From positions 32,302,001 through 32,366,000 of the forward strand of contig NC_091478.1 in assembly GCF_036971445.1 (NCBI RefSeq): a stretch of 64,000 nt of DNA, given 5' to 3'. The notes beneath the pieces were generated by a model. It saw only the letters and a list, made by a program, of their open reading frames with translations. It did not search any database and was not told where the DNA came from. Shown here in pieces: positions 1 through 13,897 of the stretch. Origin of the DNA: Narcine bancroftii (Eukaryota). The position numbers were made by a program, and so were the translations under genes. Every line of letters begins with the position of its first letter. Position 1 is the stretch's first letter.

Positions 1-189
1 TGCAGCTTTTATTTGCTCTTGAATGTCTGAATATTTATTATTCTTCGTATTTTTGTCTCTTTTTAATTCAACTGTGTGTACTACTGTAGTTTTTTTTTAA
101 GCCAAGTATCTTCTTTGGCTGCAACAAGCAAGAATGTTGTACAATATATGAAAATGAACCTTACCATCATAATTTGAAACTTTCACGTT

Positions 190-710
190 TATCTACATTA
201 TACTGCATCTGCCATACATTAGCCATTCTTCTAATCCGTCCAAATCATCCTGCAGCTGCTTGGGATCTTCTTCCCAACTTCCTCTGCAACCAGCTGATTT
301 ATAAATATTAAATAAATTCCTCCATTTCTGCCTTAAATCTACCTCCTCTTATCTTGAGGCCATGTCCCCAAGTTCTTGTCTCACTGGCCATCCATTTCTT
401 TCCTGATTTTACATTTCTATGAGTTCTCCTCTTTTTCTTTTAAACTCCAGTGAGTTTCAGGCAATTTACTCTCTCCTCTTATGCTAACCACACCCCCACC
501 TCCATCTTCAGAATCAACCTGAACTTCCTCTGCACCAGTTTCAAGGCCACTAGATCCTTTCTCAAGTCAAGAGACCAGAACTGCATGCAATACTCCAGAT
601 GCAGCTTTGCCAGTACCCGTTACAGTTATGGAACTTCGCTGCTCTCCAATTCAATTTCACTAACAATAAAGGCCAATAAGCCCTTTGCTCTCTTGATTAC
701 CTGCTGCAAA
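190..710 (-). mobile_element. Degenerate CR1-type LINE fragment
   Basis: GACCAGAACTGCATGCAATACTCCAGATG is the reverse complement of the CR1 ORF2 'HLEYCxQFWS' region. Confidence 0.65.
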
Positions 711-3199
711 CTTTCTCCTTTTAATGAAAAATCCAAACTACCACTTTTCTTCCAAAACATTACAAAAGGAATGGAAACGATTGAAGGTTTCATGACCACA
801 TTGAGTGGTGGAGCAGACAGACAGAAGGCTTACCCAGCTCCTAATTCTTATATAAACCATTAGAGCATCTGTTGCATCCAGGAGAGATATAAATTTCAAT
901 AATTACCCCAAAAGGAAAACATTTAAAAAAATAATCCAGTCAGTTCTTCAGTTAAGATCAAAAATACAATTAATTCCTCAAACCAATATTTGGGGCAATT
1001 ATGAAAACCATTTTCAAATTTTAGCTATGACATTTTTGCCAATGGCAAATTGCAAGGGATGAGATAAATAGAAGAGTATGACAATGTTGAATCTTGAAAA
1101 CAAGAAAACTAGTATCAGAATTATCCTTTGAGGCAGTCCTACAGGATGAAGGATTTACTTTTAAGCCAATTTTTTGGGGTCAGCAGAGGCTGCTAAAACT
1201 AATGTGAGAACCATAGACTCAACAGCAGATGGGGTGGGGAGCAGTTTGATGAAGCGGTGTGCTCTTTCCACTGCACTTATAGAGCTTCCACATGCCCTGG
1301 TTGCATGGCTTGAAACTCCACACACAATCCCCAACACTTCTTCTTCACTTCAAGCCATGGCCAATGAACTCTCGGAATATGTAAATATGTTGTATTTCCT
1401 CAAAGATGTTTTGAGCACATCCTTGCATCTTTCCTGTCCACCTTTTTCAAGAGAATGTTTAGAAGTGCATCTGTTTTAGAAGCATGCGATGTTAGACATG
1501 AAAATGTGGTAACCTCCCCAAATTAGCCAATTGGGTGCAATTGCAGCTTTGTTACCAAACCTGGGAGAAGGATCGAACATTGGTTCTATTATCCTTCGAG
1601 TGAATTGAGGTATTTTTCCTCAATGCCTTATGACTTACAGCTAATCCAAGTTTCAGGAAGGCAGGAAATTGCCTGATAGACTACAAGTTTTGTGCCAGCT
1701 CTTGTTCTTCAATACCCTTTTCCTCAACTGACCAAAGGCTGGCTTGGTACATTTAAGGCAGTGAAAAATGTATCTTTAGTTGTGATGTGAGAAGTGATCC
1801 ACATTTTCCAGGAATTATGTACATTTAGTGCCAGATGGCAGTGTTGTTGTCTATGGTGGTACAAGTGTACAAATTAATCAAGGTAGTGCATAGAAAGGGT
1901 AGAGAGACCAAGGTGACTACATGGACTTTGGACAAAATAGATATATTGTTATGTAGAGAAATAAAGGCACAAACTGAAGGCTGTCACAGAAAGTCAATCC
2001 TCAGATGAAATTCATATTAACCATCACATGTGGGTAGACGGAAGATAATATGGACATGAAGTTAATTAACCATGATTTATCTTGATTCTTTATCACCTTG
2101 AAATGAGAAAAGGATCAGTTTGATTTATGCTTTACTTTTTTTTGTTGCCTACACATCTGCTAACTAATATCCAAATACTTTACATGAATACTCATCTTAG
2201 CTATCCATGATTCTTTAATGGTACCATACACCAGAAAAACTTCATAGATGGATGTAATTTAGTAAGTTGCCAGTCGGAATGGTGTGATGGATGAAGGCCT
2301 ACACAAACTGATAGACTGGTTGCAGGAATGGGGAGGGGGCTGTAACTGAAAAATATAGAGTTTTACAGGAGATGCTATGAACGCTGAATAGATGAAATGA
2401 TGAGAATATACTCTTACCACAAATCAAGATTGGATGTAGCCCATGGATATGGATGATCAAACAGTAAACCTATTTACACACCTAACTAGTGAACTCAAAA
2501 GCACACATCTCAAATAAATGACTGCAATCTAAATGCAAAACCAATTATGCTTGGCAAATCCAGAACACTAATGTCGATGCCATTTCTTCAGTTGGGAAGT
2601 GACCCACGACATGAAATGTTTCTAACAAAGAAGATTAAATTTAGATTCCAGCTGATTTACAAAGTGGCAATCTTTGGAAAAGCCACATGATAACGATCGT
2701 ATTTATTGCACAATGTCCATATACTCCAAAATTCTTGCTTGCTGTAGCTGAATAGGTACTTTATAAATAAAAACTAAACAAATACAATAATATACTTGAT
2801 TGAATTAAAAAGAGAAAAGAAGTACAGAAACTATAATGTATAGTCACAGTTTCCCACATGCAAACAAATTGATTTTGCAATAATACAATCAGTCCTTTGT
2901 TTGGCGCCACAGTGGTCGCTGATTAGTGTGACAAAGAGAGGTTCAAGAGCTTGATAGCAGTTGGAAAGAAACTGTTCTTGAACCGAGAAGTGTTGGTCTT
3001 CAGGGTTCTGTTTCCTCTGCCCCAAGGGTAGCAGTGAGAAGAGATTATGTGTAGTTCAAATTAACCTATCTGCCCTACTATGGCAGGTGATTAAAAATAA
3101 TTCACAACTCTAAACTATTTTACCATTTTGATAAAGTGACAGGTTATCAATTAACAAATAAATAAATAATTAACCTCCCTGTGCTGATTGTCAAGACAA

Positions 3200-4345
3200 G
3201 GTTATGATCATCTGATTGCATGAGTATAACCCCACGAAACAATGTTCTCCCGACCTCGGTACAAAACAGACACTTAGCCAGTCATAACACACATATGGAC
3301 AAACAATGAGTATGCAGGATTAGTACTGTATTCCTACATACAAATAAATAATATTGTTTTGTAAATTGAGGGTCTCGAATGGTTTGTAGGAGCAGTTCCT
3401 TTGGTGGTTCAGCGTTCTCACTGCCTGTGGGAAGACGCTGTTCCTCAGCCTGGTGGTGTTGGCTCTAATACTCCTGTAGCTCTTTCCCAAAGGTAGCAGC
3501 TGAAAGATGCTGTGTGCAGGGTGGAAGGAGTCCTCAATTATTTTGCGCACCCTCTTCAGACAATGATCCCAGTAGATAACGTCAATGGAGGTTGAGGATG
3601 GGGTGGTGGGAAGGAAAGTAGGGAGACCTCAGTGATCCTCTCAGGTCCTGTGGATTGACCATGACACATTTTTCTTCAACAAATGTACAACACCGTGATG
3701 CAGCCAGCCAGATTCTCTCAAAAAGGTTGCTGTAAGAAGGTTGACATAATGGTGGCTGGTAGCCTTGCCCATTTCCATCTTCTCATGAAGCGCAGTCGCT
3801 GTTGTGTCTTCCTGACAAAGTGAGGAGATGTTGTGGTCCACAGCAGCTCACAAGTTAAGCGAACTCCAAGGAACTTGGTGCTCTGTACTCTACTATAGTA
3901 TTGATGTGTATTGGAGGTCAGTCAGTCCTCCTAAAGTCAATGATCATCCCCTTCATCTTGTCCACATTGAAATTCAGGTTGTTACTCTCATACCATATTC
4001 CCCCTCTTCTTGGTAGTGCAACTCATCATTGTCACTGAGGAGGCCAACTTCTGTTACATCATGTGCAAACTTTATGACTCTGTTTGCAATGGATCTGGCA
4101 TTGCAGTCGTGGTCAGTAGCATGAACAAGAGCAGACTGAGCATCAACATTCTGCTATCAACCAGGACAGACTGTGGTCATTCCGTTAGGAAGTCCAGAAT
4201 CCAGTTACAGGGAGGGGGCATTGAGTCCCAACGATGACAGTTCCTGCAATGACATGTTGAAGATGTCTACGAAGACCTCTGTCAATTGGTCTGCACAGTC
4301 CTTCAGTACCTGACCAGGTATGCTGACTGGTCCTGCTGCCTGGTC
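3200..4345 (-). mobile_element. Degenerate Rex1/Babar-like LINE, 3' part
   Basis: Minus-strand [32 protein letters not shown] and HPAHSIFQLLPLGKSYRSIRANTTRLRNSVFPQAVRTLN. Confidence 0.75.
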
Positions 4346-4617
4346 AAGCAGTAATATGAGGAAATACTGATGAATATGATGAACTATAAAAAGATAGAGC
4401 CTAAACAGGTGAAGAATTATTTGGAGTAAAATTAAATACTTGTCAATTCTGCTGAAAGAGATCTTGAAAATTATATAGATCATACATTTATTATTATCAT
4501 GGTCAAAGAAAAAAGGCAAACATAGTTTTAAAACTCAGACCAACTTTACTGCTAGCACAGCTCCAATACAGGAGAATGGAGTGGAAAGAGGTAAGAGCAA
4601 GATATTGGAACACTTAC

Positions 4618-4709
4618 TTATCTTTTCCAATGGTCTCGTAGTCCTTAACCACAACAAGAATTGATGAGGAAGCATTTAAAGACACTCCTTTCAAATCAAA
4701 TTCAATTTT
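4618..4709 (-). CDS. MYOF: Myoferlin coding exon 3; gene continues left of the window
   Basis: ccacag|KIEFDLKGVSLNASSSILVVVKDYETIGKD(K)|gtaagt, 92 nt; human ILEFDLRGIPLDFSSSLGIIVKDFETIGQNK. Confidence 0.93.
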
Positions 4710-5099
4710 CTGTGGATGAATAAGTAAAATAATGGTCAAGATTCTTGATTCACAATTATTCTTCTTGATTCATAATGATCTTATTAGACATTGAATAATT
4801 CAAATAGTTTGAATTCTACTTGTCAGTCAACCCAAAGTTTTCTGAAAAAAAAATTAGTTCAAAGTTCAGATTTATTGTCAGAGAACATGCATGATATCAC
4901 ATACAACTATGAGATTCTTCTTCCCAGGCAGAATTTCTGCTCGTTGGTAGTGCAAAAATCTGCACTCAAGAAACGTATACAAAAGTGAAATGTGAGCAAA
5001 GAAAGAAATGCAAACAAATTGACTGCAATACAGAAAAAAACCCCTGAATATTCAGTCATAAATAATGTGCATAGTTAAGAGTCCTCAAATGAATCTCTG

Positions 5100-6520
5100 A
5101 TTGAGTTTGTTGTTAGGATGGTGAAGCGGTCACAACTGTTCCTGAACCTAGTGACCTAGTGGTGTGAGTCTTGCAGCATACATACCTCTTTCCTCATGGC
5201 AGCAGCAAAAAAATAGAGCATGAATCTTTGATGATTGCTACTGGTCTCCAACTGCAGCATTCAGTGTAGATTTCCTCGAAGGTGGGGAAAGGTTTGCCTG
5301 AGCTGTGTCCACTACCCTTTGCAGAGCTTTCCTCTCAGAGTCATTGGTGCCCCTATACCAGGACATGATGCAGTTGGTCAGCACATTTTAACTATACATT
5401 TTTACATGTTTGCCAAAGATTTTGATGTCATACCAAACCTCTGCAAACTCCTGAGGAAGTAGAGGCACTAACGTGCTTTGTTCATGATGGTATTAGTGTG
5501 TTAGGTTCAAGATAGATACTCACAGGAATTTAAGTTTGCTCATCCTCTCTACCTCTGATCCCCCAATGACCTCTGGTTTTTCTTCCCAAGGTCAGCTCCT
5601 TGGCTTTGATGCAAGGTTGTTGTGAACACACTATTCAGCCAACATCCCTCCTGTTTGCTAATTCATTGCCCTCTTTGTTGTCCAGGTGTTCTCAGGGTTC
5701 ATGCCAGTTAGATGGCATCTGCCATAGACCTATTGCTGCAGTAGGAAAATTGGAACAAATCCATGTCGCAGTTCAGTCAACAGTTGATATGCTTTAGCCC
5801 CAGCTTCTCAAAACACTTCATCACTGTGGATGTGTGTACCACTGATCAATAGTCATTTGGGGAGGTTACCACACACTTCTTGGGCACTGATACAATTGAG
5901 GCCTCTCTAAAATGGGCAGGTACCATGCCCTGCTGAAGTGAGATGCTGAAGATATCCATGAATATATTGGCAAGTTGGTCAGCACAGGTTTTCATTTCTC
6001 AGCTGGGTACTCCATCCAGACCAGATACTTTTCTTGGATTCACTCTCATGAAGGCAGCCTGCATGTTATCTGACAGTAGAGGCTATTCAGGGACATCCGG
6101 TGACAAGAAGTTCTTCCCTGTTCTGGTGACAAATTGGGCCTGGAATTTATCTAGGAGTGAAGCTTTGCTGTCTCCAACTACACTGGATTAGATTTTGTAG
6201 CAGATTATGTCATTTTGGCCCCGCCACAGTTGTCAGGCATCTTTTATTGTTTTCATTCTCATCCTGAATCTCCATTTCATCTGGGAGATGATTTTTCCTA
6301 GGTCGTAACTGCTCCTTGTGCAGATGTCTGGATCTTGGACAAATGCCTGTGATCTGGTTCTCTGTTAGTTCCAAATTTCATTGTTCATCCAGGGAGACTG
6401 GTTTGGGGGAAACCCTGAACTATATGGTGGGGACTCACACATCCACAGCTGTTTCTTTATAACATCTGTAACAGCCCTGGTGTAATCATTCAGATCCTCA
6501 GCCGAGTTCGAGGCAGTCCT
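5100..6520 (-). mobile_element. Degenerate Rex1/Babar-like LINE
   Basis: Reverse-strand RT-like remnants similar to 3200-4345; many stops. Confidence 0.6.
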
Positions 6521-7354
6521 GTAACCATTCATTTTTTTAGTATTTTATTTTTGATTTTCCAAAGACTCATGCAAATCCGATAAACAAAATATTACATTCT
6601 CTTCCCATGTAATACAGAGTTCTTATTCCTCTCTCCTTACACCCTCCCCTCCCATCCCATCCCCTAAATTATACAAATATCAAAATATAAAAATACAAAA
6701 ATACAAAAACCACCTAAATAACAATAAAGACATCGATCCTCCTTGAACCTAGAAGATCTCGGATATTAAATAAAAACAGGTATGTGGGAAAGCACATGTC
6801 GTCTGCGCTGCATTCCCATTTCATATTCTTAATCCTTTACCTGTTAGGGCAGATTGTTTCTTTTTTCTTAGTCAGGTGTGGGAGGGGTGGGGGGGGAAGA
6901 GGGGGTGTGAATTATATCGAAGCATCTATGTGTCTCAGATACAGTTGCCAGACTTCAAGAAATGTGTCGTAACTTCCATAAATTGTCATGTTCCACTGTT
7001 AAGCCTCCTGCGACTACCTTCCATCAGTCCTGATCTCCTGATCCTCTCTTTTAAAGTGAGAGGCAATCTAATCAACTCTCAATGAAAAGCCAATTGTAAA
7101 TCTGATTGTATTGTCACAAAGTCAAATTCACATAGATTGGAGAATTATGCAATATCATAATTACAACCAAGCAATATAATGGATTCTAAAATTTAGACAA
7201 TATCCTCCAAAATGGCAGTATCAGAAACCATTCTTAAAAAAAAAAATGTTGGAAGTCAGGGGTTCAGTAAAATCTGGAGGGGTGATTGGGGAGGAGGGAG
7301 AAAGGTAAAGGAATTGTCAATGTCTCAGGCAGGATCAACACCAAGTAGGGACCA

Positions 7355-7891
7355 GCTGCAGTTCTGGTCGCCTAATTATAGGAAGGATATAAACAGAGTG
7401 GAGAGAGTGCAGAGAAGGTTTACCAGAATGTTACCTGGGTTTAAGCATCTAGAGTATAGGGAGAGATTGGACAGATTAGGTCTTTATTGTTTGGAGCGTA
7501 GAAGGTTGAGAGGGGATTTGATAGAAGTATTTAAGATTATGAAAGGGATAGACAGAGTGGATGTGGATAGACTATTCCCGTTAAGAGGAGGAAAGATTAA
7601 AACGAGAGGACATGAGTTAAGAATTAAGGGGCAGAGGTTTAGAGGTAACATGAGGGGGAACTTCTTTACTCAGAGAGTGGTAGCCGTGTGGAATGAGCTT
7701 CCGGGAGAAATAGTGGCGGCGGAGTCAATTGTATTATTTAAGAAAAGGTTGGACAGGTCTATGGATGAGAAGAAGACGGAGGGTTATGGGCATTGTGCAG
7801 GGAGGTGGGTCTAGAGAGGGGTGTTTGGTTCGGTGTGGACTAGAAGGGCCTAATGGCTTGTTTCCGTGCTGTAATTGTTATTATTATTATT
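7355..7891 (+). mobile_element. Young 5'-truncated CR1 LINE 3' end
   Basis: Open ORF2 C-terminus QFWSPNYRKDINRVERVQRRFTRMLPG...RRRLRGDLIEVFKIMKG...FFTQRVVAVWNELP, followed by a (TTA)n tail. Confidence 0.9.
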
Positions 7892-8159
7892 AAGTAAGGT
7901 GCTGTGCCCCTCCCATATGGTCATGGCTATTTGTCGCCGTCAGACCCCTCCCCCCCACCACCCAACCGCTCCTGGCCACGTCACTAATGTGCGACAGGCA
8001 TCACTAGCGCCTAGCTCGTGACGCTTGACACAATAAAAGCGGCACGTTCGACCGCTATGTTGGAGGGACAGAGGACATTAACGTTCTTCAGCAGGACCAG
8101 CATCTGCCCCCCCCCCCCAACCTTCCCCCCGCTGAGCAACTTTGACCCTCTCTGACATC

Positions 8160-8666
8160 ACAAGTACTCTGTGATTAGTAAGGGATCGCTTAAGGAAGTA
8201 ATGTTGGGTGGGAAGGGAAGGTTGAGAACCACTGCTCTAAACCCAATTGTTAAAATATTTTGCTTGAGAAAAATTGTCATTGGCCCATTTCCTTTGGCGT
8301 GATGAAATCGTGCACATAACGAGTCAATGAGGTACGATTAAAACAGTGGTTTTCAAACTTTTTCTTTCCACCTACATACCACCTTAGGCAATCCCTTACT
8401 AATCACAGAGCACCAATGGCATAGGGAATACTTAAAGTCTCACTGACGAAAGGCAAAGGAGGAAAAACCCAACACCCAACCCCAACCAACCAATTTTCCC
8501 CTGCAGCCGCTGCAACCGTGTCTGCCTGTCCCGCATCGGACTTGTCAGCCACAAACGAGCCTGCAGCTGACGTGGACTTTTACCCCCTCCATAAATCTTC
8601 GTCCGCGAAGCCAAGCCAAAGAAAGAAGAAAGATGTGAGTGGAAAGAAAGCGTTTGAGAACCACTG
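8160..8666 (-). mobile_element. Compound hAT (Charlie-like) MITE interrupted by an RTE tail
   Basis: CAGTGGTT...AACCACTG modules around the same ~110-bp core as at 30399 and 51509. Confidence 0.75.
8439..8632 (+). mobile_element. RTE-clade LINE 3' tail (~190 bp)
   Basis: Near-identical to the 3' end of the RTE at 36735-37579; GAA-rich tail. Confidence 0.9.
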
Positions 8667-8914
8667 CAATGCATCCCCCACCCCCAACATTTATTCTGGT
8701 GCCGACCCTGGTCTCAGGTCAAGACTTTTTATTATGCAGTCCTTTCTACCCACCCCCACTCTGCAGATACTGCTAGAGTTCCTCCAGCAGTTTGCTTTTT
8801 TTGGCTCCAGATTCCAACATCTGTACTCTCATATGTCTCAGGAATGAGATTGGAATGGTTTCAATTTTTATTTTTAAATAATTTAAGAATGAATCTTAAG
8901 CTAAACAATCTTAC

Positions 8915-8970
8915 CTCATTCCACACTGGGTTCAATTCATTGTCAATTGACCTGGTTTTCTTCTTTTCAC
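8915..8970 (-). CDS. MYOF: Myoferlin coding exon 2
   Basis: ctctttcag|GT GAA AAG...(G)EKKKTRSIDNELNPVWNE|gtaag, 56 nt; phase continues from exon 1. Confidence 0.95.
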
Positions 8971-9214
8971 CTGAAAGAGTCAAATGTCAAAATTTACAGA
9001 GTAATTTTTTTTGCAAATCAAGCCACAGTGAAAAGACATGATGAATCAGTCTAAATTTCACTTTTAAATTTTTTCTAGCAAAGTGCAATGATTTTGGCAT
9101 CTCTTTCCACAAATGTACCTTTTTTAAATGAGTGGAGAAAAAAAAGTAAATACTCAATTATTTTTAATCATAAACAAGTAACTTAATTCTGAATTATCTC
9201 TAGTGTTAGATGAT

Positions 9215-9860
9215 GGCACCTTTTTACATTCCACCTGGCTATGTCCACAATTTAAGACCCTTTGGGTAGAATTGGGGAAAGTGTTGACAAAAATTGTGGG
9301 GTGAACTTCCCGCGAGACCAAGAATTATTTCTTCTGGGGAATTTGGCAGCTATAAAAGTTAACTTCTCCAGAAGTTAATCTCAATTTATTAAAATTGCAT
9401 TGTCAATAACCAGGAAATGCATAGCAGTAACATGGAAATCCAATTCACTACTTCACATTGATCGTTGGAACATGGAACTGCAATGTTGTATTCCCCTTGA
9501 GAAGATTACTTACTGTCTTAGGAATAGATCTAGTATGTTCATCAAATTTAGATTACTTAAATGCCCAGATTGTATAATTTATTTTGATATTTGTCAATGA
9601 GTATACTCCTTATTAGAAATGTAATACTTTTAAAATAATGTGACTGATATGTCGGACCTTGCTCCTGTTGCTTTTTCTTTATCTCCCTCTATTCTCTGCT
9701 GTCTGTCCCCTTTTCTTTCGAATCTGGGGAGGGGGCGCTGGGAGAAGGGGGACTCTCCTTTTTATATTTTCAGACCTTATGAATGTTTTTCTAATAATTT
9801 TATCATTGTTATTAATATTAATTCCTTTATTCTATATTTTCTTAAAAATATTCAAAAAAG
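9215..9860 (+). mobile_element. Degenerate L1-like ORF2 C-terminus and 3' tail
   Basis: GTFLHSTWLCP...RKCIAVTWKS...CIPLEKITYCLRN, then a G-rich 3' UTR. Confidence 0.65.
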
Positions 9861-11547
9861 TCTCTAGCATTTAGAATAGATTAAAGTGATGAATTCCGAA
9901 TATTTGTCATCTTCCCATCAACATGTTTTGATGCAGAAGTGAGAGCATATCCAATTAACACTTTCTCCTGATTGGCAAATTTAGGACAACTAATAGGTGA
10001 GCAGTGATTGGAAAATAAAAATCATGAAGCAGGTGCGTCAAAATAATGTATTTCTATCAGATTCACTAAAAAATAATTCCACCAGAAAAGAACAGGTCAA
10101 TTTGCCTACCAGTTCACTATTTACTTCCATTTCTAATATACAAGGACATAACTAGATTTGCCCAAGAGGACAAGAAGAATTTCTAAGATATCCTGTACTC
10201 TGTTCTCTAAAAAGCATTATATCAAAACCAACACTTGCTTTTTTTTTTGGCTCCAAATTCCAACATCTGTATTCTCATGTCTCAGAAATGGTCCCGATTT
10301 GTTAAATTTAAAAAAAATTGGTTTGCATCTTGTTTACACATATTTGATTTGAATACTTTTGTCCACTTCCTCTGCACTAGGGTTTTTTTTTTGCTCTGGG
10401 GTGAAGCGCAAGGACTCCCAAGTACCATATTGATAATTTATTGTAACAATATCACGAAAATTGCAATAAATGCTGATCCTCAAGACTGGAGGAGTGTCTC
10501 TGAATACAACTTTAACAAAAATGAGAACTTAAGAGAATAGCTAAAATCCCGTTGGAAGGAGGTTGGTAGAAGTTGGCAAACGTGTCTGCACATAATAAAG
10601 CAAATGAGCGAGCTAGGTAAAGGCAAACATCCTAGAACCTCAACAGGAAATTTTCTCCCCTGATTCTCCATAGCTTTTTTTCGAAATATTTCACCATGGA
10701 CATAATATTGAATGAATCACAATTCCTTCCATTTTAGTGCTTGGAAATGTGTAAGAAACCATTACCAACTCTTACCACAAACCCCACTCCCCCGCCAAAT
10801 ACATTCACTGCAGGTACTGGCATGCCGGTTTATGGTTTGATCAAATAAAATTCAATTCTACGCAAGTCAAGAACATATCTGCAATTTGCCAATTTGTTAT
10901 GAGAGGCTTCTAAATCAGTTGCGTGTGGCTTTGTGGCTGATAGACAAATATTGTTACAAGTGCTGGGCAGAGAAGAGGAACATTAGGACAAAATATGGAA
11001 GAGGCATACAGCAGAGAGAGTGAGCACATTTCCTCCTCAGGGATTTACCAATAGCTCAGATCGTTCCAAACAAAAGCACCAATTCAAGTTGCATTTCCAT
11101 CTTTTGCTTAAAATTTAAAATGTTTGGAAAGGATATCAATGCATATTGTAAATATTAGAAAATGAAATCTCAGCCATATTGTTCAAGACATTAAAAAGGA
11201 GATCAGAAGTTCAGAAGACTGAAACATTGAAGCAAATAATTACTTTGCAATTATCCCACAATTTGAACAATTTAAGGGAAGCTAACTTCCAAAGTAAACA
11301 CGTGCACCAGATAAAATGAATGTCATAGGTATATTTATGTGAAACAAAACATATGGAAAACTATGTTTTGCCTATGTCTTGATAGGGCAGAAATTCTATG
11401 GACTTGCATCCCTGGTAGCAGCTAGTCACCTGGTCCAAGATAGCATTCATCAAGGCTGATACAATAGCTAAGCTAGATCCTATTCTTAACTCATTCTCAG
11501 AAACATCAATCAAGGCATAGCTGAGCAGCATCAAGAAATCAATTGAA

Positions 11548-12663
11548 TCCAGAAGAAGCACGAAAATTTGCAGAACAATTACAAAAATAGACTGAGGGAG
11601 GAAGACGGGTAATGAGAGTTAAAATGATCACGACTGATATGTATGTGGGTAAAGACAAAAATAGACTGAGGGATGAAGACGGGTAATGAGAGTAAAAATG
11701 ATCACGATTGATATGTATGCAGGTAAAGAGGTATAAGAGTGAATAGAGACAATGAGCATACATGAATGTATCTGTACTTAGAGGAAAATATAGATAGTAT
11801 AGACAAGAATTAATAAGGGAAGGTAATGGAATAGAGAGAATAAGGAGGGAATTAAAAGAGGGACCTTTGTGACATATGAAAAGTGAAATCTTTTCTGGGG
11901 GAGGCGGGGTGGGGGGAAATAGCGGTCACTGCAAAATCAGTTGACGCTTGCGAGTGGATTCGCAAATCCAAATGGAGAGGGGAGATGTGGTTGTCCGACA
12001 AGGGATAAAGGACAACTCAGGAGGTGAAGGGGAGATTGGGGATAAATAAGATAGAAATAGGAGAATAAGGAAAATGTTAGATGTTGTAGGAATGTTGTCT
12101 TATAAAGAGTTGAAAATAAGAAAACAGAAATGGAAAAGGAGGAAAGGTAATGATGGAAAAACGGAAAGAGAAGATAAACAAAATATAAAAGGGCTACGCT
12201 GAACTATATGTCTTTAAATATTAATGGAATACATAACCAAATTAAAAGGAAGAAACTACCAAATTTAAATGAATAAATGTATTCCATTAGAAAAAATAAC
12301 ATATTGGTTAAGAAATAATATTGAAATATTCGAACAAGTATAGGAGCCTTACATTAAATACAATAGCGAAAACCTACCGGGGACAAACATTACCTAAGTT
12401 GATGGAAGGAGAAGGAAAGAAAAGAATGGACTCAGTAGAATTTCTGGTGTAATTTTGTTGAATGACAACATTGTCTGACTGGCTTAATGCAACCTAGATT
12501 GTATACCTAAAATGGATGAGAGGGGGGGGTGGGGGGGTGGTTTGGGAGGAAAGGGGGGGGGGGAGAAAAAGTCACTGTATATGTGTGAAAAGAAATAGTG
12601 TATATCATGGCTAATGTGATTTATGGTGTGAAAAATAAAAAAATTTAAAAAAAAAAAAAAAAA
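11548..12663 (+). mobile_element. Internally deleted, 5'-truncated L1 (HAL1-like) with polyA and TSD
   Basis: ORF1 end (PEEARKFAEQLQK*), spacer, ORF2 start (ATLNYMSLNINGIHNQIKRKKL) fused to ORF2 end (MNKCIPLEKITY), AATAAA, polyA; TSD AAGAAATCAATTGAA at 11533-11547 and 12664-12678. Confidence 0.8.
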
Positions 12664-13897
12664 AAGAAATCAATTGAAAATTTTCCCTTACTCAACGGAG
12701 ACATTGCCATATTAGTGATACATCATTCAAAATTTTATATCAACAGGCTCCGCACCTCTAATTGAACTGGGTATCATAATTTCAAGACAAAGCTCAAACT
12801 ATAAAGGGGAGCTGATATCATGATCCAAAGACAGAGCTAAAACAGACAGTTCTAACATAGAATGAGAGAACATTGGGGAAAAAAAATTGGAGAATTCATC
12901 ATGTATGGCGGCTGCAACATTCCCAATGAGAAGATGGGGACCCACTTGCAACAAATATTTTTCCATCTCAGAAGGTGGTGATAAATAGGACCATGAAAGA
13001 GAAGGGAAGAATCAGATAGATATTTTGAAGGTTGAGAACAGGGTGAATATGAGCAGCACAAGTAATAAAGTATGGGCACAGGAAGTCATGTCAATGCAAT
13101 TTTCAATGTACAAAAAAAAAGAGGGGGGAGACCAAAGAAATCTGTGGTAGACATTTCACAATACAAAATTGGACTAGTGTAGCTTGAGTCCACATAAGCT
13201 CGATCTGGAGAAAGTGAGTGGAGTTGTTCATTGTGAAACCTGCTAAGTGTTTTCAGCATTTTCAGATTTTGTTTCAGAGTTCCTGCATCTACCGTTTATG
13301 TCCTTTTCATGTATTGGTCTCAATGATTTTCTCCTACTTATTACTTGGGCTTTGTTTTCTGTGCTGCGCAATTGCTCAGCACAAGGAGTTTAAGGTGCTC
13401 TTTCCGTGCGATAGCCTACAAGTCACCCTTGGGCAAGGTGTAGTACTGGTTTAGCCACCCAGTCAGAGTCACCTAAAGCCATGGATTGCAGACGGTGGAT
13501 ATTTTTGGAATTTATGGTTGTAAAACTAAAAACACTGGGCAGGTGAATCTGCTGGTCAATGGCCAGGGCTACCCATCCAGGGTGGACACTGCAACTGAAG
13601 AAGGCAAAGGGAAACCACTACAGTGATTCTTCCTTTGTATAAGCACGAACTCAACATCGACTAAGGTCTCAGGTTAAAGATGGAGCATTCACCAAAGGAG
13701 AAAAGGCCACAACTACAATTAGGAGGGTCAGAGATAGTGAAGGATGGAGAGACATAATCGCCCATGCCGAATGTCAAGGCACCTGAATGATGATAACTAG
13801 GGCTGTTTTGCTAATTCACAAAATAAAGTTATTTGATTTAAACACATTGCATATTCATTTTTAAAACGTTCAAAAATTACATTACACATTTGCCCTT

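Noticed and set aside
4205-4519. Possible MYOF exon 4 after a polypyrimidine/AG near 4390-4410
   Set aside because: Translation does not resemble MYOF and runs into a Rex1-like RT fragment; exon 4 is probably left of the window
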